A stretch of 32,000 nucleotides of DNA from Candidatus Hadarchaeales archaeon (GTDB lineage Archaea; Hadarchaeota; Hadarchaeia; Hadarchaeales; Hadarchaeaceae). The stretch spans positions 150,001 to 182,000 of the forward strand of contig JAWBCC010000002.1 in NCBI GenBank assembly GCA_038823825.1, written 5' to 3'. The notes under the pieces were generated by a model. That model did no database searches. It saw only the letters and a program-made list of their open reading frames with translations, and was not told where the DNA came from. A program made the position numbers and the translations under genes. Of the stretch, positions 1-8,750 are shown one piece after another (position 1 is the stretch's first letter; the number at the start of each line of letters is the position of its first letter).

Positions 1-135
1 GCTCGCGACGTAGAATCGGGTTTTCAAGTATGTTTGTAGTTTCAGTCATTTCAATCAAGAGTTGTTGTAACATTTTCAAAAAACTTGTGGAGGTATTCTT
101 TTATTGCCAGAAGTTTTCGATTTGTGGGAGAATAA

Positions 136-1305
136 ATGAAAATAATGGTTTCGATCCCGATCCTATTGCTATTCCTACAGGCAGTTGTAGCCACCCCAGA
201 AATTGCTTGGAGATTTAGCAGCGATTCATGTCTCTCTCCTCCTTGTGTTTACGAAATGCTTGTCTTCACAGGTTCAGATGAGGGCCGCTTATTCGCGCTT
301 TACGCCCATAGCGGAAAAATCAGGTGGTCAAAGCAGATGGATGGAAAAATTTTGGCGTCTGCAGCATGTGAGGGAAGAGTATTTGTGAGCACATCCGAAG
401 GAATCGTTTGTCTTAGCGCAGATCACGGCGATCTTCTGTGGAGATTTGAAATGAAAGATCCCAGGAGACGAGCCCTAGTTGTTGGGGGTAATTCGATTTT
501 TATTATTTCTCACGAAGGCTACGTTGTTTCCTTAGGTTTTGATGGAATTCTCCGATGGGAAGAAAATCTCAATGAAATAGTCGTCACCCAGCCGATTTTG
601 CTTGGTGATTCTTTGGTTATAGCCACATTTGGAGGAAATCTCGTTTTCCTAGATATTTCAAATGGAGCTTGGCGTAAAACGATTTCCATTGGTAGGTTCT
701 GTCCGGTGATTTTCGACTTCACAATCGAAGAAAACGTGGCGTATCTATGTTCCGATAATTCTCTTTTTGCAGTTTCCACAAATTCAGGTGAAGTTCTCTG
801 GATGAGGGATCTGGGTTGCGTCACAAAGCCGCTGGTTTTTAAGGAAGGCATTTGCGTAGGCACTTCAAAAGGTCTCGTTTTTCTGAATAAAGAAACCGGT
901 GAGACCATTTGGTCAACGGAAACAAAGGGGAAACCGTTTTTCGTGATATCTGAAACAGAAACGCTCTTGGTCGGGACCAGGACAGGCTTCAAAAATTATG
1001 ATGCGAACGGAAACTTAATCTGGGAGATGAATGTTGGAGCAGCGGTCTATCCACCTGTTCTTCTATATGGGAAAATTTTTGCATTAGTTTCCCAAAAAGA
1101 AATTCTTTGCATAGGCAGCTGGGGAGAGGTTGGAGAAACAGGAAAGGGGATGGGATACGTTTATCTAGCAATTGCTGTTGCATGTAGCTTCTTGTTCGTG
1201 CTCTTAGATGTTTTGCTTCCGGAAAAGAGGATTATTAGAAAAAAGAGAGTTGTGAAAAAGGCGAAATGTGGCAAAAGAAAATCTGGTGGGGTCGCCGGGA
1301 TTTGA
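136..1305 (+). CDS. Secreted/membrane-anchored PQQ-like beta-propeller repeat protein
   Basis: N-terminal signal-like segment MKIMVSIPILLLFLQAVVA. Repeated G-x-hydrophobic-x-A-hydrophobic-D..tGe.lW blocks typical of PQQ/BamB-like propellers (GKIRWSK, GDLLWRF, GILRWEE, GEVLWMR, GETIWST, GNLIWEM). C-terminal TM helix followed by a Lys/Arg-rich tail. The last 22 nt overlap tRNA-Pro on the opposite strand. Confidence 0.75.
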   Translation: MKIMVSIPILLLFLQAVVATPEIAWRFSSDSCLSPPCVYEMLVFTGSDEGRLFALYAHSGKIRWSKQMDGKILASAACEGRVFVSTSEGIVCLSADHGDLLWRFEMKDPRRRALVVGGNSIFIISHEGYVVSLGFDGILRWEENLNEIVVTQPILLGDSLVIATFGGNLVFLDISNGAWRKTISIGRFCPVIFDFTIEENVAYLCSDNSLFAVSTNSGEVLWMRDLGCVTKPLVFKEGICVGTSKGLVFLNKETGETIWSTETKGKPFFVISETETLLVGTRTGFKNYDANGNLIWEMNVGAAVYPPVLLYGKIFALVSQKEILCIGSWGEVGETGKGMGYVYLAIAVACSFLFVLLDVLLPEKRIIRKKRVVKKAKCGKRKSGGVAGI

Positions 1306-1361
1306 ACCCAGGTCACCGGCTCCCAAAGCCGGCAGGATAGACCAGGCTACCCCACGACCCC
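1284..1361 (-). tRNA. tRNA-Pro (anticodon UGG), CCA encoded
   Basis: Reverse complement reads GGGGTCG TG GGGT..CCTG CCGGC TTTGGGA GCCGG .. CTGGG TTCAAAT CCCGG CGACCCC A CCA. This gives a 7-bp acceptor stem, a 5-bp anticodon stem with a 7-nt loop (UGG at 34-36, G37), and a T-arm with TTCAAAT. Confidence 0.9.
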
Positions 1362-1405
1362 TCAAATGAAAAATGAACGGTTGTAAGTAAAAAACAGTTC
1401 TCATC

Positions 1406-1678
1406 TCACAAAGCGGTTAAATCTTCAGTAGCCTTTATGGTTTCCAATATTTTTTTGCCATATTCAGTTAGTGAGTATTCTCCTTCTCTTTCTTCTACAA
1501 TTTTCTTTTCCTCGAGCATTTTCACATACAGTTTAACAGGCCACCAATCTCCGTTTTTCGAATAGCTCATCTTTATCTGTCGCAGGCTACAGGGCCCGCT
1601 CTTTGCTATGATTGCAAAAATAGTAAGCAAGCTGCCTTCATCCGATTTAAGCCACTGAATGTCTTCGGTTATGCCCAT
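1406..1678 (-). CDS. Small winged-helix (MarR/ArsR-like) DNA-binding protein, hypothetical
   Basis: ORF-track ORF is 1406..1705 (TTG start). I prefer the internal ATG at 1678 because TATA-like elements occupy 1694-1716. The product has an HTH-like core (SLRQIKMSY...WPVKLYVKMLEEKKIVEEREGEYSLTEYGKK) typical of wHTH wings. Confidence 0.5.
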   Translation of the reverse strand: MGITEDIQWLKSDEGSLLTIFAIIAKSGPCSLRQIKMSYSKNGDWWPVKLYVKMLEEKKIVEEREGEYSLTEYGKKILETIKATEDLTAL

Positions 1679-1693
1679 CGCTACTCGGAGAAG

Positions 1694-1716
1694 GTTTTTA
1701 TACAACCCTTTTATAG
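1694..1716. promoter_or_regulatory. Back-to-back TATA elements of a divergent promoter pair
   Basis: GTTTTTATAC (1694-1703) and CTTTTATAG (1708-1716) lie between ATG 1678 (minus) and ATG 1733 (plus). Each ATG is about 25-35 nt from a TATA element on its own strand, which is consistent with leaderless or very short-leader mRNAs. Confidence 0.45.
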
Positions 1717-1732
1717 ATTGTCGAAAATTAAA

Positions 1733-2014
1733 ATGGGGGATGAGCGCTTGAAGGTGTGGATGATAGCGGGGACATTGCTTGCCCTGCTTATTATCCTTCC
1801 AGCATTGGCAATATTCTTTGCTAGTGGCTGGGTGAAGCTCGCTGGGCAGATCGTCCTCTCGATAATCTTCGGTTTGATTGCAGCAGTCTTCCTTCTCTTT
1901 TCATACATCTGTATCAGGGCGCAGGCAAAAAAATGGGGCATGAGTCTACTTTTGGCTGCTATTGTTTTAGCATTTCTAATTTATGCCATCTGGATGGGTG
2001 TTCCTTTTGTCTAA
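1733..2014 (+). CDS. Small integral membrane protein (3 predicted TM helices), hypothetical
   Basis: Three long hydrophobic segments (WMIAGTLLALLIILPALAIFFA, IVLSIIFGLIAAVFLLFSYICI, LLLAAIVLAFLIYAIWMGV). The ORF track starts at TTG 1718; ATG 1733 fits the TATA spacing better. Confidence 0.5.
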   Translation: MGDERLKVWMIAGTLLALLIILPALAIFFASGWVKLAGQIVLSIIFGLIAAVFLLFSYICIRAQAKKWGMSLLLAAIVLAFLIYAIWMGVPFV

Positions 2015-2268
2015 ATTTTTTCACCAACTCCCCAATGTTGTGTGTTTAAAAGTTTAGCCCTTTCTCTGAGTTTCATCATTATGTAGTCTCTAGCTTCAGA
2101 TTCCTTGATTCTTCCAGAGAGACTACTCATAATATGGTCCATCCTGGGCTTAGCGAGAATTTCAAAGGCTATTTCAACATCTTTCTCTGAAAGAGGTCCT
2201 TCCTTTACCTTGTCTTCCAAAAGTTCGGCGGCTTTTTCAACGATCCAATTCAGCTGCGGAAACGACAT
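2011..2268 (-). CDS. Hypothetical small helical protein
   Basis: ORF 2011..2361 trimmed to the internal ATG at 2268 (MSFPQLNWIVEK...). The longer form would overlap the divergent nitroreductase start. No family recognised. Confidence 0.4.
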   Translation of the reverse strand: MSFPQLNWIVEKAAELLEDKVKEGPLSEKDVEIAFEILAKPRMDHIMSSLSGRIKESEARDYIMMKLRERAKLLNTQHWGVGEKI

Positions 2269-2307
2269 CCGAAAAGCTATTACATCAATATGATTAAATT
2301 GATTTCG

Positions 2308-2829
2308 ATGGATGTATTTGAAGCTATTCACAAAAGGAGGAGCATCCGGGCCTTCAAGCAAGATCCGGTATGTGAAGAGGATTTGAAAAAAATTCTAGAA
2401 GCAGCGATTGCAGCTCCAAGTGCAGGAAATAGACAACCATGGGAATTTATAGTGGTTAGAGATGCGGAGAGAAAGAGAGAGCTTGTAGAGGCAGCTCTTG
2501 GACAATCTTTCATAGAAGAAGCACCAGTTGTGATTATCGTCTGTGCAAACCTTGCAAGAAGTTCTCGGGTGTACGGTAAGCGTGGCGAGGAGCTTTATGC
2601 GATTCAAGATACAGCAGCGGCAATCCAAAACATGCTTTTAGCAGCGTTTGCCTTAGGCTATGGCACCTGCTGGATAGGCGCGTTTGATGAGCGTGAAGTT
2701 TCCAGAATTCTAAAGATTCCATCTGGTGTTAGGCCGGTAGCAATAATTCCGATTGGAAAGCCCGCAGAGAAACCATCAAAAACCCCTCGTTTGCCATTAG
2801 ACGAGGTTGTCCATAGGGAAACTTATTGA
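2308..2829 (+). CDS. Nitroreductase family protein (FMN-dependent)
   Basis: MDVFEAIHKRRSIRAF...APSAGNRQPWEFIVV....GYGTCWIG are classic nitroreductase-fold motifs. ATG 2308 aligns with the usual family N-terminus (the ORF track starts at 2290). Confidence 0.85.
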   Translation: MDVFEAIHKRRSIRAFKQDPVCEEDLKKILEAAIAAPSAGNRQPWEFIVVRDAERKRELVEAALGQSFIEEAPVVIIVCANLARSSRVYGKRGEELYAIQDTAAAIQNMLLAAFALGYGTCWIGAFDEREVSRILKIPSGVRPVAIIPIGKPAEKPSKTPRLPLDEVVHRETY

Positions 2830-3705
2830 GCTTGCTCCCCCTTTAGATATTCGCGTAATAAGGGTCTCTCCTCCAACTTCACGGAATAGATTTTCAATTG
2901 TTTTCGCATTTTTTTGGTTGCAAAATGCGAAAACAGTTTTTCCGAGCATAGCTTGGCTTGCGCCCAACGCTCCTTCTCTGACCGCCATATCGCACATCTC
3001 TCTCAGTTCTTTGCTCATTAGACCGAGCTTTTCTGCGAAATCTCTGGAAATCTGGAGAAAATTGGAGATCGTTGGGGATGCTAGGATTCTTCGCATAGCA
3101 TCCCCACCGAGTTCTTTTGCACGTTTTATGAATTCTTCTTCTCTTAGAATGGAGGAAGTTTTTATTTCTCCGAGAGTACAACAAACTATCAAAAAATTTC
3201 CATTCAGCTTCATTTTTCTTGTTTTACCGTATGGTGGGGCTCCGGGTTTAACTCCAATGACCAAACCTCCTGTGGACTGAGCGTTCACATCCCCAAGACC
3301 GGTTCTACAGATGACTTCCGCTACATGCGCATTTGCAATGATTTCTGATCTTCTCATCTTTAGTCCGAGGGCGCGAACTAAACCAATTGAAACACCAAGC
3401 GCTCCAGCGCCACTTACTCCAAATCCCGCCCCAACGGGAACTTCGGTTAGATGTTCAATGGTTGCGCTCCAGCCCTCCGGCAGAAGCTTTTCAGCCACCC
3501 ACCTGCTTGTTTTAGCCTCACAACGCTTACCGTTTATTTCGATTTCAATGTTTCTCTTCTCGGATTTTCTCAGGGTCACTTGGGTTTTCACACCTGCTTC
3601 GGTGCACGGTCCGCAATTTCTAGATCCACAACGCAAAGGATTCTCGTGTAGAAAAGGCTGGAAAAAGCCGGAAATGTGGCCGGGAACAAAAACTTTGGCT
3701 TTCAA
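2797..3705 (-). CDS. Pantoate kinase (archaeal CoA pathway, GHMP kinase superfamily, COG1829-like)
   Basis: N-terminus KAKVFVPGHISGFF and GHMP motif PVGAGFGVSGAGALG. It lies directly downstream of coaBC and PPAT. The ORF track starts at 3753, but TTG 3705 forms a TTGA overlap with the coaBC stop and gives about 302 aa with the family-typical N-terminus. Confidence 0.7.
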   Translation of the reverse strand: MKAKVFVPGHISGFFQPFLHENPLRCGSRNCGPCTEAGVKTQVTLRKSEKRNIEIEINGKRCEAKTSRWVAEKLLPEGWSATIEHLTEVPVGAGFGVSGAGALGVSIGLVRALGLKMRRSEIIANAHVAEVICRTGLGDVNAQSTGGLVIGVKPGAPPYGKTRKMKLNGNFLIVCCTLGEIKTSSILREEEFIKRAKELGGDAMRRILASPTISNFLQISRDFAEKLGLMSKELREMCDMAVREGALGASQAMLGKTVFAFCNQKNAKTIENLFREVGGETLITRISKGGASSISFPMDNLV

Positions 3706-4934
3706 GATTTCCTTTTCCGCAGCTCCTCCAGCGCAATGTTTAAGACCGTCCACGCTATTTCCTCTTTGCTTGCACTCATTTTACTTTTCATGTTTTTTGA
3801 GATGATGATAACCTCATTTCGATCCGCTCTGAAGCCTGCTCCCGGTCTTGCAACATCGTTAGCTACAACTAAATCTAGGCCTCCCTCCTCTAGTTTTCTT
3901 TTTCCTGAATTCTCTAACTCTTCATCGCTGACGAAATACTCGGCTTTAAAGCCCACGACGAACGCTTCCGGAACTTTTCTTTTAACATCGTCGAGAATTC
4001 TCGGCGCAGGTTTCAGTTTCAGTAAAACAGGTTGATCGTGTCTGAGTTTTCTTTCGAAAGGACTTTCAACCTCGAAATCAAGGGGAGCCGCAGCGGCAAC
4101 AACTATGTCCGGATGTTCTTCGAGCGCGCGATCAAAAGCATCCTTCATCTCTTTCGTAGTCCTAACCTGCACAACGTTTATGTCTTCAGGAATTGGTTCG
4201 GTTCCAGGTCCATATATTAAAGTGACCTCGGCCCCGCGAGCCGCCGCAATCTTGGCAAAGGCAATTCCCATCTTTCCGGAGCTCGGATTTGTAATAAATT
4301 TTATGGGATCTATCGGTTCCACAGTTGGACCTGCTGTGACAAGAACCTTTAAACCATCCATATCTTTTTTCGTCAGAACACAAAGAACATGCCAGAATAT
4401 TCTTTCTATCGGTGGAAATTTCGCCTTTTCTTCTTCAACAATCGGTTCTACAACTACCATTCCCATTTTTTTGATTTTCGCGAGGTTTTCCTTAACCGCA
4501 GGATGTTCGTACATAGAAGCATGCATGGCGGGAACCAATATTACCGGTTTCTTCAATCCTAGCGCAACGGAGACAAGAGATGTCACAGTTGTGTCATCTA
4601 TACCTTGAGAAATTTTTCCTATGGTGTTTGCCGTTGCAGGGGCTACCAGTATAACATCCGCCCACAGAGCCGTCTCTACATGCTCTATTTTTCCCGTGAG
4701 TTCTATTATGACCTCGTTGCCAGTTGCCCACTCCATCAGGTTGGGAGATATGATTTCTGTAGCACTTTTTGTCATCACCGCCCGGACCTCAGCACCGTGT
4801 CTCATCAAAAGTCTTGCGAGCTCTGGTGCCTTGAAGGCCGCCACGCTACCGCAAATTCCGAGAGCGATTTTCTTTCCCAAAAGCTCTTTTCCTTTGCTAC
4901 CTATGATATCCCTTGAAGGATGCATGCGATTCAC
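3702..4934 (-). CDS. coaBC: Bifunctional phosphopantothenoylcysteine decarboxylase / phosphopantothenate-cysteine ligase
   Basis: N-terminal flavoprotein domain (GKKIALGICGSVAAFKAPELARLLMRHGAEV, PAMHASMYEHP) and C-terminal DFP/CoaB domain (VLVTAGPTVEPIDPIKFITNPSSGKMG). Length is 410 aa. Confidence 0.9.
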   Translation of the reverse strand: MNRMHPSRDIIGSKGKELLGKKIALGICGSVAAFKAPELARLLMRHGAEVRAVMTKSATEIISPNLMEWATGNEVIIELTGKIEHVETALWADVILVAPATANTIGKISQGIDDTTVTSLVSVALGLKKPVILVPAMHASMYEHPAVKENLAKIKKMGMVVVEPIVEEEKAKFPPIERIFWHVLCVLTKKDMDGLKVLVTAGPTVEPIDPIKFITNPSSGKMGIAFAKIAAARGAEVTLIYGPGTEPIPEDINVVQVRTTKEMKDAFDRALEEHPDIVVAAAAPLDFEVESPFERKLRHDQPVLLKLKPAPRILDDVKRKVPEAFVVGFKAEYFVSDEELENSGKRKLEEGGLDLVVANDVARPGAGFRADRNEVIIISKNMKSKMSASKEEIAWTVLNIALEELRKRKS

Positions 4935-4937
4935 TTT

Positions 4938-5438
4938 TTATCCAACTCTCGTTTGTTTTATTAACTTTCCGTGTTCGTCGATTTCACCATATCTTATTCT
5001 TATCGAAGAAATAGGCTTACCATCCTCAGCAAGTACGAATGGGATCTCCACTATTTGGAGAGGAGGAAGATTATTCTTTTGTCTTTTTTCGTTTATTTCC
5101 TTCGCTCGACATTTGGTTTCAGGACTGACAACAATCGCTTCAGCTTCTGGATCGTCTACTGCCGGTCCAAACGGATCCTCAAGTATGGTTATCTCTGTTC
5201 TTCCCAGCCAGTCGTTCTCACGCAGGAAATGAAGGACAGCCAGCAATCTGACTGCCAGTGGTGCAACTCCCGCAGAGTCTTTTTGCAGAAGTTCTGCCAT
5301 TTTGTCTGAAGATATTCCTAAGCAAACGCGCTCCCCGATTTCGTACGCCTTTCTCAAAAGAGTTTTATGTCCGTCATGGAAGTAATCGAAAGTTCCGCCA
5401 ACCACAACCTTTTTGTACTTGATGTTGTTGTTCTTCAT
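4938..5438 (-). CDS. coaD: Phosphopantetheine adenylyltransferase, archaeal type
   Basis: Cytidylyltransferase-like fold with VVVGGTFDYFHDGH (the HxGH motif). At 166 aa it is the size of archaeal PPAT (COG1019), and it sits next to coaBC. Confidence 0.8.
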   Translation of the reverse strand: MKNNNIKYKKVVVGGTFDYFHDGHKTLLRKAYEIGERVCLGISSDKMAELLQKDSAGVAPLAVRLLAVLHFLRENDWLGRTEITILEDPFGPAVDDPEAEAIVVSPETKCRAKEINEKRQKNNLPPLQIVEIPFVLAEDGKPISSIRIRYGEIDEHGKLIKQTRVG

Positions 5439-6763
5439 ATTTTCAAGACTTCTTTCCAGTCAAGTTTTATTGGCTTATGCTTGAAAGGCCTAGCTCCAGC
5501 ACCGATGTAATCCTTAACTACATGACCGTTTCCTATGACCACGTACTTTGTTGTTGTGAGTCCCTCAAGTCCAACTGGGCCACGAGCGTGAATTTTACTC
5601 GTGCTTATCCCAACCTCGGCACCGAGTCCGTAGCGATAGCCGTCGCTGAATCTGGTAGACGCGTTTACCATTACGCTCGAAGAATCGACTTCTGAGACGA
5701 ATTTTAGAGCGTTCTTCATGTTTTCCGTAACTATTGCATCCGTGTGTTTAGATCCATAGATGTTTATGTGATTTATTGCCTCCTCGATCGAATCCACGAT
5801 TTTTATGGAAATTATGAGATCTAGGTATTCAGTTCTCCAGTCCTCCTCTGTGGCCAGTTTAACATCTGGCAATATCTCTTTGACACGTGGACATCCTCTG
5901 ATCTCTACACCAGCTTGTTTATAGAGCTCTGCAAGTTTTGGCAGAAATTCTTTAGCGATCTTCGAATGAACGAGCAAAGTTTCAGCAGCGTTGCAAACAG
6001 CGGGATATTGGACTTTTGCGTCAAAACAGATTTTCAGCGCTTTTTCCAGATCCGCATATTCGTCTACGTACACGTGACATATGCCTTCCGCATGTCCAAG
6101 GACAGGGATTTTCGTATTTTCTTGAATGTATTTCACAAAATCCTTGCCTCCGCGGGGGATGATGAGATCAATATATTCGTCGAGCTTTAGCAATTCTCTT
6201 ACTTCCCATCTCTCTTCCACAAGTTGAATCCACCCGGACGGAGCTCCGAGCTCCTCGCTTTTCTCTTTGAAAATGCTGAAGAAAACCCTGTTTGAATATT
6301 TTGCTTCTCTTCCCCCCTTTAAGATCACAGCATCCCCTGACTTTAGACAGAGTGAGGAAATCTGCGGAAGTACGTCGGGTCTCGCCTCAAATATACAGCA
6401 GATTACACCAATCGGACATGTTAGCTTATAGACATAGAGGTTGTCATCCATCTCCATGGCGTAAACAGTTTTCCCCAATGGATCCGGCAATTCTGCAACA
6501 CTTCGAATCATTTTTGTTATGTCAGCAATTTTCTCTTCGTTTAGTTTTAATCTTTGGAGCACGGGTTTTGTTATTTCCCCTCTTTCTAACATTGTCTCCG
6601 CTTCTCTGATATCCTTAGCATTCTCTTCCAGCACCCGTGCTTTTTGTGTTTCAATCTCTTTAGCTATCGCAAGCAATATTCGGTTTCTATCGTCTTTAGA
6701 GAGATTGGGAAGTCTCAATGAAGCTTCGCGCGCTTTTTTAGCTTTTTCGATTACTTCCATCAC
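5435..6763 (-). CDS. proA: Glutamate-5-semialdehyde dehydrogenase (gamma-glutamyl phosphate reductase)
   Basis: Aldehyde-dehydrogenase-like protein with ProA-typical segments (FEARPDVLPQISSLCLKSGDAVILKGGREA, CNAAETLLVH, HTDAIVTE). GTG 6763 or ATG 6760 are possible starts, overlapping the proB stop (GTGATG). Confidence 0.9.
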   Translation of the reverse strand: MMEVIEKAKKAREASLRLPNLSKDDRNRILLAIAKEIETQKARVLEENAKDIREAETMLERGEITKPVLQRLKLNEEKIADITKMIRSVAELPDPLGKTVYAMEMDDNLYVYKLTCPIGVICCIFEARPDVLPQISSLCLKSGDAVILKGGREAKYSNRVFFSIFKEKSEELGAPSGWIQLVEERWEVRELLKLDEYIDLIIPRGGKDFVKYIQENTKIPVLGHAEGICHVYVDEYADLEKALKICFDAKVQYPAVCNAAETLLVHSKIAKEFLPKLAELYKQAGVEIRGCPRVKEILPDVKLATEEDWRTEYLDLIISIKIVDSIEEAINHINIYGSKHTDAIVTENMKNALKFVSEVDSSSVMVNASTRFSDGYRYGLGAEVGISTSKIHARGPVGLEGLTTTKYVVIGNGHVVKDYIGAGARPFKHKPIKLDWKEVLKI

Positions 6764-7560
6764 TCCCGCCTCGGCAGGAAAAGGGTTCCTATCTCTTCTC
6801 CTTTCAGAATTCTTTCCAAAACATTTTTTTCTCTGCTGTTTGCGATAACCGCAGCTATCCCAGCCTCCGTGACTATTCTGGCCGCTTGAACTTTTGTGAA
6901 CATTCCGCCGAAGCCTTTCGAAGATTTTAAAACGGCTCTTTCAATTCTGGGTGTTACTCTCTCCACGAGCCCAATGATCTTACTTTCGGGTTTCTTGGGA
7001 TCTCCAAGATAAACGCCGTCTACATCGGAGAGCAGAACGAGCAAATCAGCCTTTACCCCCTTAGCAACATAGGCGGATAAAATATCGTTGTCTCCAACTT
7101 TTATTTCTTCGGTCGCCACCGTGTCGTTTTCGTTTATTATTGGTATCACTCCCCACTTCAGCAAAGTCGCTGCCGTGTTCCTAAAATTCTTATATCTTTC
7201 CGCATCTACGAAGTCTTCTGCTGACAGAAGGATTTGGGCTACAACTTGTTCGTGCTCTCCAAAATATTTTTCATAAGTTTGCATGAGTATTCCTTGGCCG
7301 ATCGCTGCAACGGCCTGAAGAGCCGAAAGCTTCCTCGGCCTGTTTGTTATTTTCATTCTCCCCATCCCGGCTCCTATCGCTCCAGACGACACAATTAAAA
7401 CTTCCTTGCCCATTTTTTTCACAGCCATGACGTCTTTTACAAACTTCCCGATCTTTTCTTCATCGAGTTTGTGGTTTTCTCCAGTCAGCGACTTTGTGCC
7501 TATTTTTACCACCATTCGTTTGACTTTCTTAAGGTCAGCTCTCGAATGTATTGTCCTCAT
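6760..7560 (-). CDS. proB: Glutamate 5-kinase (short form without PUA domain)
   Basis: VVKIGTKSLT, VSSGAIGAGM, NENDTVATEEIKVGDNDILSA are amino-acid-kinase / ProB motifs. The start forms an ATGA overlap with the pncB stop. Confidence 0.9.
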   Translation of the reverse strand: MRTIHSRADLKKVKRMVVKIGTKSLTGENHKLDEEKIGKFVKDVMAVKKMGKEVLIVSSGAIGAGMGRMKITNRPRKLSALQAVAAIGQGILMQTYEKYFGEHEQVVAQILLSAEDFVDAERYKNFRNTAATLLKWGVIPIINENDTVATEEIKVGDNDILSAYVAKGVKADLLVLLSDVDGVYLGDPKKPESKIIGLVERVTPRIERAVLKSSKGFGGMFTKVQAARIVTEAGIAAVIANSREKNVLERILKGEEIGTLFLPRRE

Positions 7561-8750
7561 ATCTCCTTCACCCGTTCAAGTTGTTTTAACACGTATCTCC
7601 TTATTTCTTTCGGTTTTGGAAGTTTTCCCACGATTTTTCCATCTTTAACTAGAGGCTGCAGCGCCTTTTCCATCTTTCCTCCGCATTTTGGGCACTTTCC
7701 AGGGGTCTCTCCCTCTCTAGTGAGGAGAAATGCGAGACAATGACGACATCTCCATACGTCTTTCCTACCTCCGAGTTTTCCGCGTTTTGCTGCAGGCTTT
7801 CCATTCAGTTCTACTATATCCATGGCAAAGTCGACGGTCGGAGCGTTCGTGATCGAAGTTCCAACCCCGAAGCCGTCCGCCCCAGCTTCGCAGAGCTCCT
7901 TTATGTTTTTTTCACTAATTCCTCCCGAAACAAAAATTTTCACCCATTTATATCCTCTGACGTCGAGTTCCCACCGAATTTCTTTCACTATCTCACTCAT
8001 ATTTCCCCTTCTCGAGCCGGGAGTATCTAGCCTTACGCCCGTAAGTTTTTTTCCGAGAGTCTCGGCAGCCATGATCGCCTCGGCCTTCTCATCATAATAA
8101 GTATCGACTAGGGCTATCCGAGGAATTTCAGCCGGCATGACATCGTCGAAGGCCTTCCAGGCACTTCTCTGATCTCCGAAGCATATTATCAACGAATGTG
8201 GCATAGTTCCCATTGGCTTTTCCCCAATCGTCTCGGCCCCGATTAAGCTGGAAACTCCATCAAATCCGCCGATGTAGGCTGCTCTGTCTAGCATTGGAGC
8301 GATTGCAGGATGTGCCCTGCGTATCCCGAATGCTATAAGAGTTTTCCCCCATGCGAGTTTCCTTATTCTTGCAGCTACCGTAGCAGCTCCGGTCGCTTGA
8401 CAGAGCATTCCTAGCATGGGAGTTTCGAATTCACAGTATTCCGCGTATTTTCCGTCAATAGTCAATACCGGAACTCTAAATCCTCGCAAATCATAGGGAT
8501 GAAAGATAGTTCCTTCAGGCATCGAGCTAACAGTCACTGGAACATCTTCGAAAAGCTGTGCTACCTCTTCTACGCCGGCCAGAACCGCCCAAGGCCAGTT
8601 GTTTGGCAAAGAGCTAGCCGTCACCTCCGCCAGGGCAGAAATTGATTTCATGCCTTTCTTTTCGAGGATCTGTCTGGTTCTGACGAAGTAGATGTCTGTG
8701 GTTTTTCCACTTTTGATTTCCTCAACCGTGGCAATATGGAACTTTCTCAT
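7557..8750 (-). CDS. pncB: Nicotinate phosphoribosyltransferase, archaeal type with C-terminal zinc-ribbon
   Basis: N-terminus ...ATVEEIKSGKTTDIYF and a type II PRTase barrel. C-terminal CRHC...CPKCGG matches the zinc-knuckle domain described for the Thermoplasma enzyme. ATG 8750 is preceded by GGGGTGA; the ORF track uses GTG 8756. Confidence 0.85.
   Translation of the reverse strand: MRKFHIATVEEIKSGKTTDIYFVRTRQILEKKGMKSISALAEVTASSLPNNWPWAVLAGVEEVAQLFEDVPVTVSSMPEGTIFHPYDLRGFRVPVLTIDGKYAEYCEFETPMLGMLCQATGAATVAARIRKLAWGKTLIAFGIRRAHPAIAPMLDRAAYIGGFDGVSSLIGAETIGEKPMGTMPHSLIICFGDQRSAWKAFDDVMPAEIPRIALVDTYYDEKAEAIMAAETLGKKLTGVRLDTPGSRRGNMSEIVKEIRWELDVRGYKWVKIFVSGGISEKNIKELCEAGADGFGVGTSITNAPTVDFAMDIVELNGKPAAKRGKLGGRKDVWRCRHCLAFLLTREGETPGKCPKCGGKMEKALQPLVKDGKIVGKLPKPKEIRRYVLKQLERVKEI

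Noticed and set aside
1-49. Possible 5' end of a minus-strand gene running off the left edge (ATG at 49-47: MTETTNILENPILRRE...).
   Set aside because: Only 16 codons are visible, there are no recognisable motifs, and there is no clear promoter. The evidence is insufficient.
2807-3280. Long antisense ORFs inside well-supported genes. Examples: 519..992(-), 2807..3280(+), 3311..3805(+), 4105..4608(+), 4621..5232(+), 6519..6848(+), 9399..9782(+), 11451..11837(-), 11983..12357(-), 22961..23461(-), 24220..24621(-), 25482..26201(-), 26557..27156(-), 28626..28952(-), 31260..31605(-).
   Set aside because: Each lies opposite a CDS with clear family motifs. Their translations are low-complexity (S/P/R/F/L-rich), lack any recognisable motif, and have no promoter or SD context. 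They are typical shadow ORFs.
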